A DNA stretch of 64,000 nucleotides from an uncultured Gemmatimonadales bacterium (GTDB taxonomy: Bacteria > Gemmatimonadota > Gemmatimonadetes > Gemmatimonadales > GWC2-71-9). The first letter of the stretch is position 1, and every line of letters starts with the position of its first letter. The stretch is taken from contig CAVOGR010000002.1 of assembly GCA_963695555.1 (NCBI GenBank), forward strand, positions 224,001 through 288,000, written 5' to 3'. Made by a program: the position numbers and the translations under genes. Under the pieces are notes generated by a model. It was given only the letters and a program-made list of their open reading frames with translations. It made no database searches and had not been told where the DNA came from. Positions 1-10,099 of this stretch are shown one piece after another.

Positions 1-522
1 TGGCACGGTCCCTACCACGATGACGAGTATGGCTATCCCGTCTCCGACGATGCCGTCCTCTTCGAGCGTTTGGTTTTGGAGATCAACCAGGCCGGCCTTT
101 CGTGGCTCACGATTCTCAAGAAGCGCGAGGCGTTTGGCCGGGCCTATGGCGGTTTCGTCCCCCAAGCCGTCGCGGCATTTAGCGAAGCCGATCGGGCCCG
201 CCTTCTCGCCGATGCCGGAATCATCCGCAATCGCTTGAAAGTGGATGCTGCGATCGAGAATGCGCGCCGGGTCGTCGCGCTACAGCAGGAGTACGGTTCG
301 TTCGCCCAATGGATTGCGGCCCATCATCCCCGACCGTTCGACGAGTGGGTCCGGCTCTTCAAGCGTACGTTCCGGTTTACCGGTGGCGAGATTGTGGGAG
401 AATTCCTCAAGAGCATCGGGTATCTCCCGGGGGCCCACAGCACCACGTGCCCGGTCTACCGCCGCATCGCGCAACTGAGGCCGCCGTGGATGGGCGTGCC
501 GCAGGCGCGGTCCAAGAAGTAG
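1..522 (+). CDS. tag: DNA-3-methyladenine glycosylase I (5'-truncated by window edge)
   Basis: Frame 1 is open from base 1: WHGPYHDDEYGYPV..LFERLVLEINQAGLSW..IIRNRLKV..FRFTGG, the Tag family signature. Confidence 0.9.
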   Translation, partial: WHGPYHDDEYGYPVSDDAVLFERLVLEINQAGLSWLTILKKREAFGRAYGGFVPQAVAAFSEADRARLLADAGIIRNRLKVDAAIENARRVVALQQEYGSFAQWIAAHHPRPFDEWVRLFKRTFRFTGGEIVGEFLKSIGYLPGAHSTTCPVYRRIAQLRPPWMGVPQARSKK

Positions 523-544
523 GGGGCGGTCTGGGTCTCGGGCC

Positions 545-3500
545 ATGTTCACCCACCTCCACGTCCATACCCATTTCTCCTTCGGCGTGGGCGCCTCGAG
601 TCCCGAGGAGCTCGTCGAGGCCGCCGCGGAGCGCGGATATGCCGCGTTGGCCTGCACGGACACGAACGGGGTCTATGGCGCCGTAGAGTTCCAGCGGGCC
701 GCCGAAGCCGCGGGAATTCGTCCCATTTTGGGTGCCCTGTTATCGGCAAACGGCCAGGAGACGATCGCGCTGGCAACCGATGAGCGCGGGTGGGCGACGC
801 TCTGCCGAGCCATCACGGCCATCCACTGGCACCACGACCTCGTGCTGTCCGCACAGCTCGCCGCCGATCGCCAAGGCCTGCTCCTCGTGTCGCGTGATAT
901 CCCCTTCCTCGAACGCGTGCTTCGCTTGAGCGGTCCGGAGGATCTCTATGCCGAACTCCGGCCGGGCAAAGAGCGGCATCGGGTGTTGGCGGCAGCCCAC
1001 CGCTACAAGCTGCCCGCCGCCGTGACGAATGGCGTGATTGCCGCCCATCCGGAAGGATGGAATCGGCACCGGCTCCTTCGTGCTATCGCACTGAACACCA
1101 CGCTCTCGGCGCTCTCACCCCGGGAGATCTGGCCCCGCGATGCCTGGCTTCGCCCTGCCACCGACCTCGCCCGGCTATTCCCGGATTGTCCTCGAGCGTT
1201 GCGCGTAGGTGACGACATCGCCGAGCGATGCCGGTATCGAATCCCGATCGGCCGGACAGTACCCCCCCGGCTCGCCGACATCGGGAACGCGCTCGAGCGC
1301 CTTCGCGCCTTGACCTACGAGGGCGCCGCCCAACGCTACGGCACCATCGCCCCGATTACGCGCACGCGGATCGAGCACGAGCTCCAGATCATCGGCGCCA
1401 AGGGGTTCGCCGATTACTTCCTCGTGGTGCGAGACATCGTGCTGCATGGCCCGACCCACTGCGGGCGCGGCTCCGTTGCCAATTCCATCGTGAGTTACTG
1501 TCTCGGCATCACCCATGTCGAGCCGCTGAGCGCCGGACTCCTGTTCGAGCGGTTCCTCAACCCCGAGCGGACCGATCCACCCGACATCGACCTCGACTTT
1601 CCCTGGGATGAACGCGATCGCGTCTTGGCGTACGTGTGCCGGCGCTACCCGCACCCACAGGCGGCGATGGTGTCCAATCACAACTGCCTGCGCCGCCGCG
1701 GCGCGCTTCGCGAGGTGGCAAAAGTGTACGGCCGACCAGCGGGAGAAATCCGTGAGGTGACCCGCCGCATCCCGTGGTACGGCGCAGCTGAGTCCCTCCC
1801 CGATCTGGTTGCCACGCACCCCAACTTTCAGCGCCTCGATCTCCCGCAGGTCTGGCATGAGCTCGCCCGCATCGCGGAACCGCTCGTGGGAATTCCCCGC
1901 CACCTGTCGCTTCATCCTGGTGGCGTTGTCATCGCGCCGGTCACGCTCACCGACTTCGTCCCTACCGAGCCGGCCAAGAAGACCCTCGACGGAGCCCCGG
2001 ACGTAGCGCTTCCCGTGATCCAATTTGAGAAAGACGGCGCGGAAGACGCCGGTCTCGTCAAGATCGACCTGCTCGGCAACCGTTCGCTGGCCGTCATCCG
2101 GGATGCCATTGCCGCTGTGCGTCACAACACCGGCCGCGCGATCGACTACACCACGTCGGATCCGGCGGATGACGAGGCTACCAAGTCGCTGTTCCGCACC
2201 GGCCAGACCATGGGGGTCTTCTACACCGAATCGCCGGCCTCACGACAACTCTGCGCCAAGAGCCGCGCCGACACCTTCGACCTCCTCGTGCTGAACACCA
2301 GCATTATTCGACCGGCCTCGAATCAGTATATCCGGACATACCTCGAGCGATTACACGGTGCGCCGTATACACCGCTTCATCCGGTCTTGCGCGATACCCT
2401 GAGCGAGACATTCGGCATCATGGTGTATCAGGAGGACGTGGTGAACGTGTGCGCCGCCTACGCCGGCATGCCGTTGGCGACGGCGGACGGACTGCGCAAG
2501 GCGTTGTCGAAGAAGCGGCCAGCCAAGCGGTTGGCCGCGTACGCAGAGGAGTTCTTGTGCGGCGCCGACGCGCGTGGGCATGACTCGGATACGACCAAGC
2601 AGGTGTGGGCGATGGTCCTCTCCTTCGCCGGTTACAGCTTCTGCAAGGGTCATTCGTGTTCCTATATCCAGGTCGCGCAGCACGCATGCTACCTGCGCGC
2701 GCACTATCCCGCGGAATTTATGGCCGCGGTCTTGGCGAATGGCGGGGGGTTCTATCATCCGTTTGCGTATGTCGCCGAAGCAATGCGGATGGGTATTCGG
2801 GTGCTTCCTCCCGACGTGAATGCAAGTGAGTTCCGCACGACCGGGCGGGGCCGGGAATTACGAATCGGCCTTCAGTACATCAAGGGACTCTCGACTCGCG
2901 GCGCCGAGCGCCTGCTCGCGGCTCGCACGACGCCCTATCGAAACCTGGCGGATCTGGCCCAACGCGCCGGCTTGACGCCGGATGATTTGCGCATTCTCGT
3001 CAAGGTCGGCGCCCTAGATGCCATCGCGGGGGCAAAAACCCAACCCATGCTTCTGTGGGAGATCGACGCCGCCCGCATCCGCGGGGAGCCCCGGGAACCC
3101 ACGCTCGCGGTCGAGGCGGGTCCCACCGTGCCTCCCCTCAAGCCGTATTCCACCGAGCATCGCCGCCGCGAGCACTATCAGGCTCTCGGATTTCTCACCG
3201 ATCACCATCCCATGGACCTCCACGCCGACACCCTCCGTCGCTTTCGGCTCTGCCGAAGCACCATGTTGCACAACCATGTCGGACAGCGGGTCTTAGCCGC
3301 CGGCATGCTGACAACGGCAAAGCCCGTTCATACGATTCATGACGAACCCATGCAGTTCGCGACGTTCGACGACGGGATGGGCCTCATCGAAACGGTGTTG
3401 TTTCCTCGGGTATACCACGAGCGCGGACACCTGCTCTTCGATCAGGGGCCCTTCATTTTTCGCGGGTTGGTAGAGGAACAATTCGGGGTGACCACGCTTA

Positions 3501-3607
3501 CGATCACCCACTTGGATCGTCTCGAGCGCATGGTGGCCAAGCTGGGCTCCGTACGCTCCGACCCCCAACGCACAGCGAGTGGCCACAATCAGGGCCACTC
3601 GCTGTGA
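545..3607 (+). CDS. dnaE2: DNA polymerase III alpha subunit, short error-prone DnaE2-like form
   Basis: PHP domain (HLHVHTHFS, CTD), GRGSVANS, catalytic PDIDLDF, KIDLLG, C-terminal OB fold; 1020 aa with no replicative C-terminal tail. Confidence 0.8.
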   Translation: MFTHLHVHTHFSFGVGASSPEELVEAAAERGYAALACTDTNGVYGAVEFQRAAEAAGIRPILGALLSANGQETIALATDERGWATLCRAITAIHWHHDLVLSAQLAADRQGLLLVSRDIPFLERVLRLSGPEDLYAELRPGKERHRVLAAAHRYKLPAAVTNGVIAAHPEGWNRHRLLRAIALNTTLSALSPREIWPRDAWLRPATDLARLFPDCPRALRVGDDIAERCRYRIPIGRTVPPRLADIGNALERLRALTYEGAAQRYGTIAPITRTRIEHELQIIGAKGFADYFLVVRDIVLHGPTHCGRGSVANSIVSYCLGITHVEPLSAGLLFERFLNPERTDPPDIDLDFPWDERDRVLAYVCRRYPHPQAAMVSNHNCLRRRGALREVAKVYGRPAGEIREVTRRIPWYGAAESLPDLVATHPNFQRLDLPQVWHELARIAEPLVGIPRHLSLHPGGVVIAPVTLTDFVPTEPAKKTLDGAPDVALPVIQFEKDGAEDAGLVKIDLLGNRSLAVIRDAIAAVRHNTGRAIDYTTSDPADDEATKSLFRTGQTMGVFYTESPASRQLCAKSRADTFDLLVLNTSIIRPASNQYIRTYLERLHGAPYTPLHPVLRDTLSETFGIMVYQEDVVNVCAAYAGMPLATADGLRKALSKKRPAKRLAAYAEEFLCGADARGHDSDTTKQVWAMVLSFAGYSFCKGHSCSYIQVAQHACYLRAHYPAEFMAAVLANGGGFYHPFAYVAEAMRMGIRVLPPDVNASEFRTTGRGRELRIGLQYIKGLSTRGAERLLAARTTPYRNLADLAQRAGLTPDDLRILVKVGALDAIAGAKTQPMLLWEIDAARIRGEPREPTLAVEAGPTVPPLKPYSTEHRRREHYQALGFLTDHHPMDLHADTLRRFRLCRSTMLHNHVGQRVLAAGMLTTAKPVHTIHDEPMQFATFDDGMGLIETVLFPRVYHERGHLLFDQGPFIFRGLVEEQFGVTTLTITHLDRLERMVAKLGSVRSDPQRTASGHNQGHSL

Positions 3608-3628
3608 GAGACGACCGACAGAAGGATG

Positions 3629-3832
3629 CTAGCCCTTCAGCACAAACGTCACCTTCATGTTCACTCGCCACTCCGCAACCTTGCCGCTCTTGACGATGAC
3701 GGTCTGTTCATTGACCCAGGCGCCCTGGATGTTCTCCAGGGTCTTGGACGCACGAGCAATTCCAGTTGTGATGGCGTCCTCGAAGCTCTTGGTGGAGCTC
3801 GACGTGATTTCGGAAACTTTGGCAACAGACAT
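3629..3832 (-). CDS. Dodecin-family protein
   Basis: MSVAKVSEITSSSTKSFEDAI..GIARASKTL..WRVNMKVTFVL; GGGAGG RBS before ATG at 3832. Confidence 0.88.
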   Translation of the reverse strand: MSVAKVSEITSSSTKSFEDAITTGIARASKTLENIQGAWVNEQTVIVKSGKVAEWRVNMKVTFVLKG

Positions 3833-4045
3833 GCGATCCTCCCACATTCGAATGAGTGTCATGAAGCGGTGACCGTGCTCCCGGTGCCGGTGACAGAGGG
3901 GCGGGGCCCCGCCGGTGTTCCAGGGGACAGAGGTACACTACGCGGACCAGTGGTTTTCAGCAACCGTGCGGTGGACCGACTATGTTGGGACGACGCGAGC
4001 CGCGCGGAAGGCTAGCCACATCCGCGCCCCACACGAGGGTTCAGC

Positions 4046-4996
4046 GTGACCTCCTTGTTCGATCCACCCGGCCCGTTCGATACCGATGAGTTGGGACGTC
4101 TCCGGGAGCGTCTCCCCCAACATATCCACTTTGGGACATCCACCTGGACCTATCCTGGCTGGGCTGGGCTGGTGTATCACCGCTCATACCCCAAGAGCGG
4201 CGCGGGTGCCCGAATGCTCGAGGAGTACGCCAGGTTCCCGCTGTTCACGACAGTGGGTATCGATTCGAGCTTCTATGCGCCATTGAGCGATGCCACATTG
4301 GATCGCTACGCGCGCGCGCTTCCACCCGGATTCCGCTGCGTCTGCAAGGTGTGGGATCAAATCACCGTCCACACCGTGAGCAAGCTCCGCGATCCCGCCC
4401 GGGGTGGTCAGTCAAATCCGGACTACCTGGACGCGGATCTGTTCGAGGAAGCGGTGCTCGAGCCGCATCGTCAACACTTTGCCGACCACACTGGGCCGTT
4501 TGTGTTCGAGTTTCAGGCGATCCCCGGCTCGGCCAACGTCGTACCCCTGGCATTCGTCGACCGGATCGATCGGTTTCTCGGTGCGCTGCCGCGCGACGCC
4601 AACTATGCCGTGGAAGTCCGGAATCCCGAATTTCTCATCCCGGCCTACTTCGCCGTTCTACGTGAGCATGGCGTGGCCCACGTCTTCAATTCCTGGACCC
4701 GCATGCCCCCGATCGGCGACCAATTGGACCTCCCGGGTGCGATCGGGGCGCCGTTCATCGTGGCCCGGGCCCTGCTCCGTCCCGGCCGGAGCTATCAAGA
4801 GGCCGTTGACCTGTTCGCACCGTACGACCGCATTCGGGAACCGAGCCCCGAGCTGCGCACGGACCTCGTCCGGCTCATCGAGACCGCGGTCGAAACCCGC
4901 ATACCAGCCTACTTGTTGGTGAACAACCGCGCCGAGGGGAGTGCGCCTCTCACCATCGAGGCGGTGGCGCGGATGGCGGCGGATCGGTTAGGCTAG
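4046..4996 (+). CDS. DUF72 (YecE-like) TIM-barrel protein
   Basis: FGTSTWTYPGW, L.EYA.F.TV..DSSFY, AVEVRN, YLLVNNRAEGSAP. Confidence 0.85.
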   Translation: MTSLFDPPGPFDTDELGRLRERLPQHIHFGTSTWTYPGWAGLVYHRSYPKSGAGARMLEEYARFPLFTTVGIDSSFYAPLSDATLDRYARALPPGFRCVCKVWDQITVHTVSKLRDPARGGQSNPDYLDADLFEEAVLEPHRQHFADHTGPFVFEFQAIPGSANVVPLAFVDRIDRFLGALPRDANYAVEVRNPEFLIPAYFAVLREHGVAHVFNSWTRMPPIGDQLDLPGAIGAPFIVARALLRPGRSYQEAVDLFAPYDRIREPSPELRTDLVRLIETAVETRIPAYLLVNNRAEGSAPLTIEAVARMAADRLG

Positions 4997-6199
4997 CGCG
5001 GCGGCCAGGTCGACCCCAGCCGCGGCGCACACGCGGGCAATCGTCTCGCCGATCTTGTTGTTCGGGGTCGAGGCTCCGGCGGTAATGCCTATGGTCCGGG
5101 CATTCCCGATCCAGTCTTCTTGTTCCACCAGTTCCTTCGTATCGACCATCTGGTGGCGGATGCGGCCCGTGGGCTCGACACCCGTGGCGTCCTCGATGTG
5201 GTAGGTCACGACCCCTCGGCGTGCCGCGAGTGTCGCAAGGTGGCAGGTGTTACTGGAGTTGAAGCCTCCCACCACGATCATCCGGTCGATCGGCTCCGCC
5301 AGGAGATCGAGCATCGCATCCTGACGCTCCTGCGTGGCGGAGCAAATGGTGTCGAAGGTACGGAAGTGATCCTCGAGGTGCGCTTCGCCGTACCGCCGCG
5401 CGACACTCAGCTTGATTTCCTCGGCGATCGCCAACGACTCGCCCGAGAGCATTGTGGTTTGATTCGCCAATCCGACCTTGACCAGGTCCCGGGCAAAATC
5501 GAAACCGGGTGATACCGCGCCAGCGAAGCGCTCAATGAGCGTCTCGGCATTGTCGCCCGACTCAATGAAGTTACAGACAAGCCGAGTCTCGGCCATATCC
5601 AACACGACGAGATAGCGCCCGCCGGGATACTTGGAGACCTGGCTCGCCGTAGCCTTGGTCTCTTCATGGTAGTGTTTGCCATGAATGATGGCCGTGAAAC
5701 CATCCTTGGCGTATCGCTCGACCCGCTTCCAGACGTTCAAGACCGATCCGCACGTCGTGTCCACCATAACGCACCCGATCGCGCCGAGTCGGTCGAAGTC
5801 GTTCTTGGTCACCCCGAACGCCGGTAGAATCACCACGTCGTCAGCACTCAAGCCCGAGAAATCGAAGTCTCCCTTCGTCCCATCGGCACGATGAAGGAAG
5901 GTGATACCCATTTCTTCCATCTTCCGATTGACGTGCGGATTGTGGATGATCTCGCCCACGAGCCGGATCTGCCGATCCGGAAACTTGCGTCGGGTTTCAT
6001 ACGCGTACTCAACCGCACGATCGACACCGTAACAGAAGCCAAACTCGCGTGCCAATCGGAACGTGAGCGGACCAACGGTCAGAGTGTAGTCGTTGGCCTT
6101 GATAGCCTCCACGACATGACTGTGATAGTCCTTCTCCAGCGAGCCTTTGATCTCTTGCCGGAGGCCGAAACCTTTCCGGAAATACGTCGATTCCATCAT
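4988..6199 (-). CDS. ispH: 4-hydroxy-3-methylbut-2-enyl diphosphate reductase
   Basis: FGFCYGVDRA, IIHNPHV, DTTC, HEET, TICSATQERQ, SSNT, GITAGASTP. Confidence 0.95.
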   Translation of the reverse strand: MMESTYFRKGFGLRQEIKGSLEKDYHSHVVEAIKANDYTLTVGPLTFRLAREFGFCYGVDRAVEYAYETRRKFPDRQIRLVGEIIHNPHVNRKMEEMGITFLHRADGTKGDFDFSGLSADDVVILPAFGVTKNDFDRLGAIGCVMVDTTCGSVLNVWKRVERYAKDGFTAIIHGKHYHEETKATASQVSKYPGGRYLVVLDMAETRLVCNFIESGDNAETLIERFAGAVSPGFDFARDLVKVGLANQTTMLSGESLAIAEEIKLSVARRYGEAHLEDHFRTFDTICSATQERQDAMLDLLAEPIDRMIVVGGFNSSNTCHLATLAARRGVVTYHIEDATGVEPTGRIRHQMVDTKELVEQEDWIGNARTIGITAGASTPNNKIGETIARVCAAAGVDLAAALA

Positions 6200-6203
6200 G
6201 ACC

Positions 6204-6728
6204 CTAATCTACACTGGTGTCCGAGACCTGTCTGCGGACCATCGCCGCACAGCCAGCCTCGCCGGGCATGACAGACACGTGCCGGAAGGTGCCGGCCACG
6301 GCAAGCGTTTCTGGTCGCATGACGGATACGACTCGAGCGTCGAAGTGCCCACGCATGGTTCCGTCGCTTTCCTCCGCCACGCTCACCGAACCGCTCCGAC
6401 TCTGGAAAGCATAGACAGCGTTCTCCCCGAACCACCGAAGTGCAACAGCCGCCCCCGAACCCAGCGAATCGGTCGGATCATGCACTGGGTACTCTCCCGC
6501 TCGAATCGAGTCTTCCGGGTACACCACCACTCCAACACCGGTGTCGCCGAGAAGTCCGGTAACCTCGAGCCAGTGGCCCTCCCGACACCAGCGCGCTGTG
6601 GCCGGCGCCCGAATCTGTGCGGTGTCGGCTCCAACCCACTCGATCTCCATCACACCACCAGACGGCCCTCTGGGACCGCATGCCACGAGCAGCGCCACGC
6701 CGAGAGCCGCTGACGGCAGCCGATTCAC
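6204..6728 (-). CDS. Hypothetical lipoprotein
   Basis: GTG start overlapping the upstream stop (GTGA); signal peptide with lipobox LLVAC. Confidence 0.65.
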   Translation of the reverse strand: MNRLPSAALGVALLVACGPRGPSGGVMEIEWVGADTAQIRAPATARWCREGHWLEVTGLLGDTGVGVVVYPEDSIRAGEYPVHDPTDSLGSGAAVALRWFGENAVYAFQSRSGSVSVAEESDGTMRGHFDARVVSVMRPETLAVAGTFRHVSVMPGEAGCAAMVRRQVSDTSVD

Positions 6729-7192
6729 GCTCGGCCCCCCGGCACATTCAGGTACGCCCGGGCAGCGCTCTTCGACAGCGTATACGGCTCGAGCGTGGCC
6801 ACGAGGTCTGGAGGTAGGGGTTTCGACTTGAGCGCCTTCCGATCGGTGGCCACTAAGACCAGATGCCCGTCCGCAGCCAGGCACTGCTGGCCGAGGTGAA
6901 TGACATCGACGTTTAGCGTGATTGACTTGGTTCCGATGCGGCCGAAGTACGCTGCGACGCGCAAACGGTCGTCGAGCCGGGCCGGATAATGGAATTCGGA
7001 ATGGACCTGCACTCGAGGGAGATAGAGATCGTATTTGTCGAAGACGATGCTGTAGGGCAGTCCCACCGAGCGGAACAGCTCGGTCTCGGCCAACTCGAAA
7101 AATCGGACGTAGGAGCCATAGAAGATGATCCCGGCCGCATCGACCTCGGACCATCGCACGTATTCATCAATGACAAAGGGCTTGGCCGTCAT
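6725..7192 (-). CDS. Acyl-CoA thioesterase (4HBT/YbgC hotdog family)
   Basis: VRWSEVDAAGIIFYGSYVRFFE motif. Confidence 0.9.
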   Translation of the reverse strand: MTAKPFVIDEYVRWSEVDAAGIIFYGSYVRFFELAETELFRSVGLPYSIVFDKYDLYLPRVQVHSEFHYPARLDDRLRVAAYFGRIGTKSITLNVDVIHLGQQCLAADGHLVLVATDRKALKSKPLPPDLVATLEPYTLSKSAARAYLNVPGGRA

Positions 7193-7258
7193 GTGCTCTC
7201 CCTTCGAGAGCCGGGAAGGTAGGCCGCTCGCAGGTAAGGCGGTAGGCCGGTCCCACGT

Positions 7259-9448
7259 CTACCGAGGGGCGCCAAATACGAGGTCGATTCTGAGCCCGCT
7301 CCCACCCGGGCTGAGCGGCACGCTCAAATCCAGTCGGGCCAATCCTCGGAGTGCCGAGACTCCGATCCCGCCTCCGACCAATACGCGCTGACCGAAGAGT
7401 CCATCGAGTTCGCCTACCTGCCCGGCATCGATGAAAAGCACCGGACGAACCCAATTCCGGTTGAGGGCCCAGTCAACCTGGGTCGCCCACATGGCCTGGC
7501 CGCGCGCGGTGCCATAGTCGAACCCACGTACACTCTGCAGCCCTCCGAGCCGGAACTGATGTTGTGGCAGCGTTGGGCGGCTGGCAACACCGGCGCGAGC
7601 CTGGAGTGTGAGACCGCCCGCGAGTGCGAAGGGCTGCCGCCAGTGCCCAACGAGGCGGCCGGCTACCTCTCCCTCACCCGTCATGCCGTCGACCTGCAGA
7701 CGCCAACTGGCCGGCCCGCTTAGCCCCTCGAATCCGAGGGACAGTATGCCATAAAGGCCATCGCGAATCGTTGGGTTGGCCGGAAAATTACCGGGCCCCC
7801 CGAGCACATCATTGAGCCCCGATGTGGCACCCCCGCGCACGCTTGATTGGTCCTCGACACGGCCGGTGAGCGTGAGCTCCCATCCGCTCGGAAGCGAGGT
7901 CTCATACCGTACCGAGCCCCCATGAGCAAGGTAGTAGTCAGCGTTGTCGTGTGCGGTGAAGAGCGCGTTGAGCGAATTGCCCGCCGTCTTCACCCGGAAG
8001 AACGGGTCGATCTCTCGGAGATCTCGATATGCGCTGAGGGTCACTCGTCCACCGGGACCATCTCGAATCAAAACAAGCCGGGCGAGTGCTCGGGCATCGC
8101 TCAGCCCAAAGCGCGCGGTGCCGTGGAGAGAGGTGAAGGTGGTTCCGGGTACCCGCCAGCGATAGCCGACACCGGCGGATAGTCCCTGGACCCGATTGAA
8201 ACGCAGAATGTCGGCGAAGCGTTCGTACGCGATACCGGCGCGAGGCCTGCCGGTCATGTCACTGGAGAGACCTTCAGTCAGTCGCTCCAGCTCCGCCCGC
8301 ACCCCGAGGATTCGCTCCTCGTCCTGGGCGGAACGGTTCAGGTCGAGTGGCTCAAGCCATCCGGCATAGGCCTCGAGTGAGTCACTGGGAGGGTAGTGAA
8401 TCTGGAACCGCCCCCCGCCCCATGTGCCGGCATAATCTCGCGACGACCGAACACCTCGTTCAGCCGATCGGCCTCGGCGGTCTCTTGCACCGCTCCGCCA
8501 CTCTCCTCGGCTCTCCTCCCACCCATCCGGCACTTCGCCCCCAGCCGAGTCTGGCATCGCAACGGTGAAGCGAATCGGCTCTCCCGTATTGATGGCATAA
8601 TCATCGAACGTGGTGGTGGCCTCGAACGGTACCACTATGTCGGTGATGAGCGGTACCTGAATCGTTCCTGAAACGACTTGGCGGTAGGGCATCCAGTACC
8701 GACCGTCTTGCTGACCGTACTCGAGATCGGCATCCACCCGGAGAATCCGGTTGATCAGAGCGTTCTCGCGACGGGCGGCTGCGGAGTCTCTCGTGGTCAG
8801 CTTGTCCGGAACCGACCACAGGCCAGTCCCTACGAACCGGAAGGTGAAACGCACAACCTGGGCGGTCGCGGCATCCACCCAGATTGCCCCGGCCACCAGG
8901 GCTAACCCCTCTCGTTGTGGCAGCACCTCGAGCTTGGAGACCCGGAGCACTCCCTCGGGGGTCGTGATCACCAGGCTATCGACCAGCGCGTAGCGATACC
9001 ACTCGGGACCGTCGCGGGCGAAGGGATGCAGCGCCGCCCGCTCGGGTACCTCGTTCGCGAAGAAGGAAACCGAGTCACCCAATCCTCTCGGCACAAACCA
9101 CGGTTTGTCAAAGAGGGACTGGATTTCCCATTGCTCCGATCGGGCCTGAGCCCGTCGTCCGACTATATCGACCTTAATGTCGTTGGGACGGCGCCAGCGA
9201 ATGAGCGCTTCCTGTTCTTCGGCACTTGCGATCGGGATACGGGCCCAGCGCCGCTTCCCGAACGAGAACGACAGGCGATACCGCAGGCGGGCGTGGTAAT
9301 CGGTGACGGCCGAGTCTTGACTGTGGTGCCGGGCGATCGCTCGGCGCACCAGTGACTCGGTCGTTCGATCGGCAAATGTTGCCGTGGAATCAGACTGTGG
9401 GGCTTGGGCTGAGAGAGAGGCGAGGACTACTAGGCCGAGGAGGCCCAT
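7259..9448 (-). CDS. Outer-membrane beta-barrel protein (Omp85/DUF5686-like)
   Basis: Signal peptide from ATG 9448; RFNRVQG, LGGLQSVRGF loop motif, amphipathic C-terminal strands. Confidence 0.65.
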   Translation of the reverse strand: MGLLGLVVLASLSAQAPQSDSTATFADRTTESLVRRAIARHHSQDSAVTDYHARLRYRLSFSFGKRRWARIPIASAEEQEALIRWRRPNDIKVDIVGRRAQARSEQWEIQSLFDKPWFVPRGLGDSVSFFANEVPERAALHPFARDGPEWYRYALVDSLVITTPEGVLRVSKLEVLPQREGLALVAGAIWVDAATAQVVRFTFRFVGTGLWSVPDKLTTRDSAAARRENALINRILRVDADLEYGQQDGRYWMPYRQVVSGTIQVPLITDIVVPFEATTTFDDYAINTGEPIRFTVAMPDSAGGEVPDGWEESRGEWRSGARDRRGRSAERGVRSSRDYAGTWGGGRFQIHYPPSDSLEAYAGWLEPLDLNRSAQDEERILGVRAELERLTEGLSSDMTGRPRAGIAYERFADILRFNRVQGLSAGVGYRWRVPGTTFTSLHGTARFGLSDARALARLVLIRDGPGGRVTLSAYRDLREIDPFFRVKTAGNSLNALFTAHDNADYYLAHGGSVRYETSLPSGWELTLTGRVEDQSSVRGGATSGLNDVLGGPGNFPANPTIRDGLYGILSLGFEGLSGPASWRLQVDGMTGEGEVAGRLVGHWRQPFALAGGLTLQARAGVASRPTLPQHQFRLGGLQSVRGFDYGTARGQAMWATQVDWALNRNWVRPVLFIDAGQVGELDGLFGQRVLVGGGIGVSALRGLARLDLSVPLSPGGSGLRIDLVFGAPR

Positions 9449-9891
9449 CGGCTGCGACCGTCGCGATGGATGCCGTACGCCTTGAGGCGGCGCCAGAGCG
9501 TCGTGCGGCTGATACCGAGGTAGCGGGCTGTTTCGGCAAGCTTCCAATTGTGGATGTCGAGCGACTTGACGATGGCTTCGCGCTCGCGATCGGCCAGGGT
9601 GCTCGGGCCGGAGCCACCTGGGATGAACATGGCCTCGCCCACGACCAGCGATCCCGCTTTCAATGATCGGACCCGCCCTCCCATGGCCGCCAACTTGGGC
9701 TGGAGCGAGGTGGCGTTCTCGAGTTCGATCGGGGTATCGAGCGCCTCTCGCGCGGGCATGTTCGCGTAGAGGATTCTCCCGTTGGGGTCGAACACCACAA
9801 CACCCTCGGCGAAGCCGTCGAGGAGGGCCTTCGCCAGAGGGGAGAAGACGGAAGGCAGAGCGCTGGGACTCGGATTCTCTGTCATGGTCAT
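9430..9891 (-). CDS. Small PAS + Fis-type HTH regulator (no AAA+ domain)
   Basis: PAS-like EGVVVFDPNGRILYAN; Fis HTH EREAI..NWKLAETARYLGISRTTLWRRLKAYG. Confidence 0.8.
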   Translation of the reverse strand: MTMTENPSPSALPSVFSPLAKALLDGFAEGVVVFDPNGRILYANMPAREALDTPIELENATSLQPKLAAMGGRVRSLKAGSLVVGEAMFIPGGSGPSTLADREREAIVKSLDIHNWKLAETARYLGISRTTLWRRLKAYGIHRDGRSRWASSA

Positions 9892-10099
9892 ACGATCGAT
9901 ACGGGAATATACGGGACCAAGTTTCAAGACGCGACGTACGGCTCGGGACATCCAGCGTCCGCCTTTTACTGAGAGACGAACCGCGGGGCGGCGAATAGAC
10001 ACAACGGGCAAAGAGGTAGGCCGCCCCCCCTTGATTTCCGTAGCCTGGCAACGCATGGTATTGACTGACCAGTCAGCCAAACCCGTGACGAGTGGTGCC

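Noticed and set aside
9449..10051. N-terminal 200 aa of the 930-aa track ORF
   Set aside because: Shadow frame over the PAS-Fis gene; the real signal peptide starts at ATG 9448
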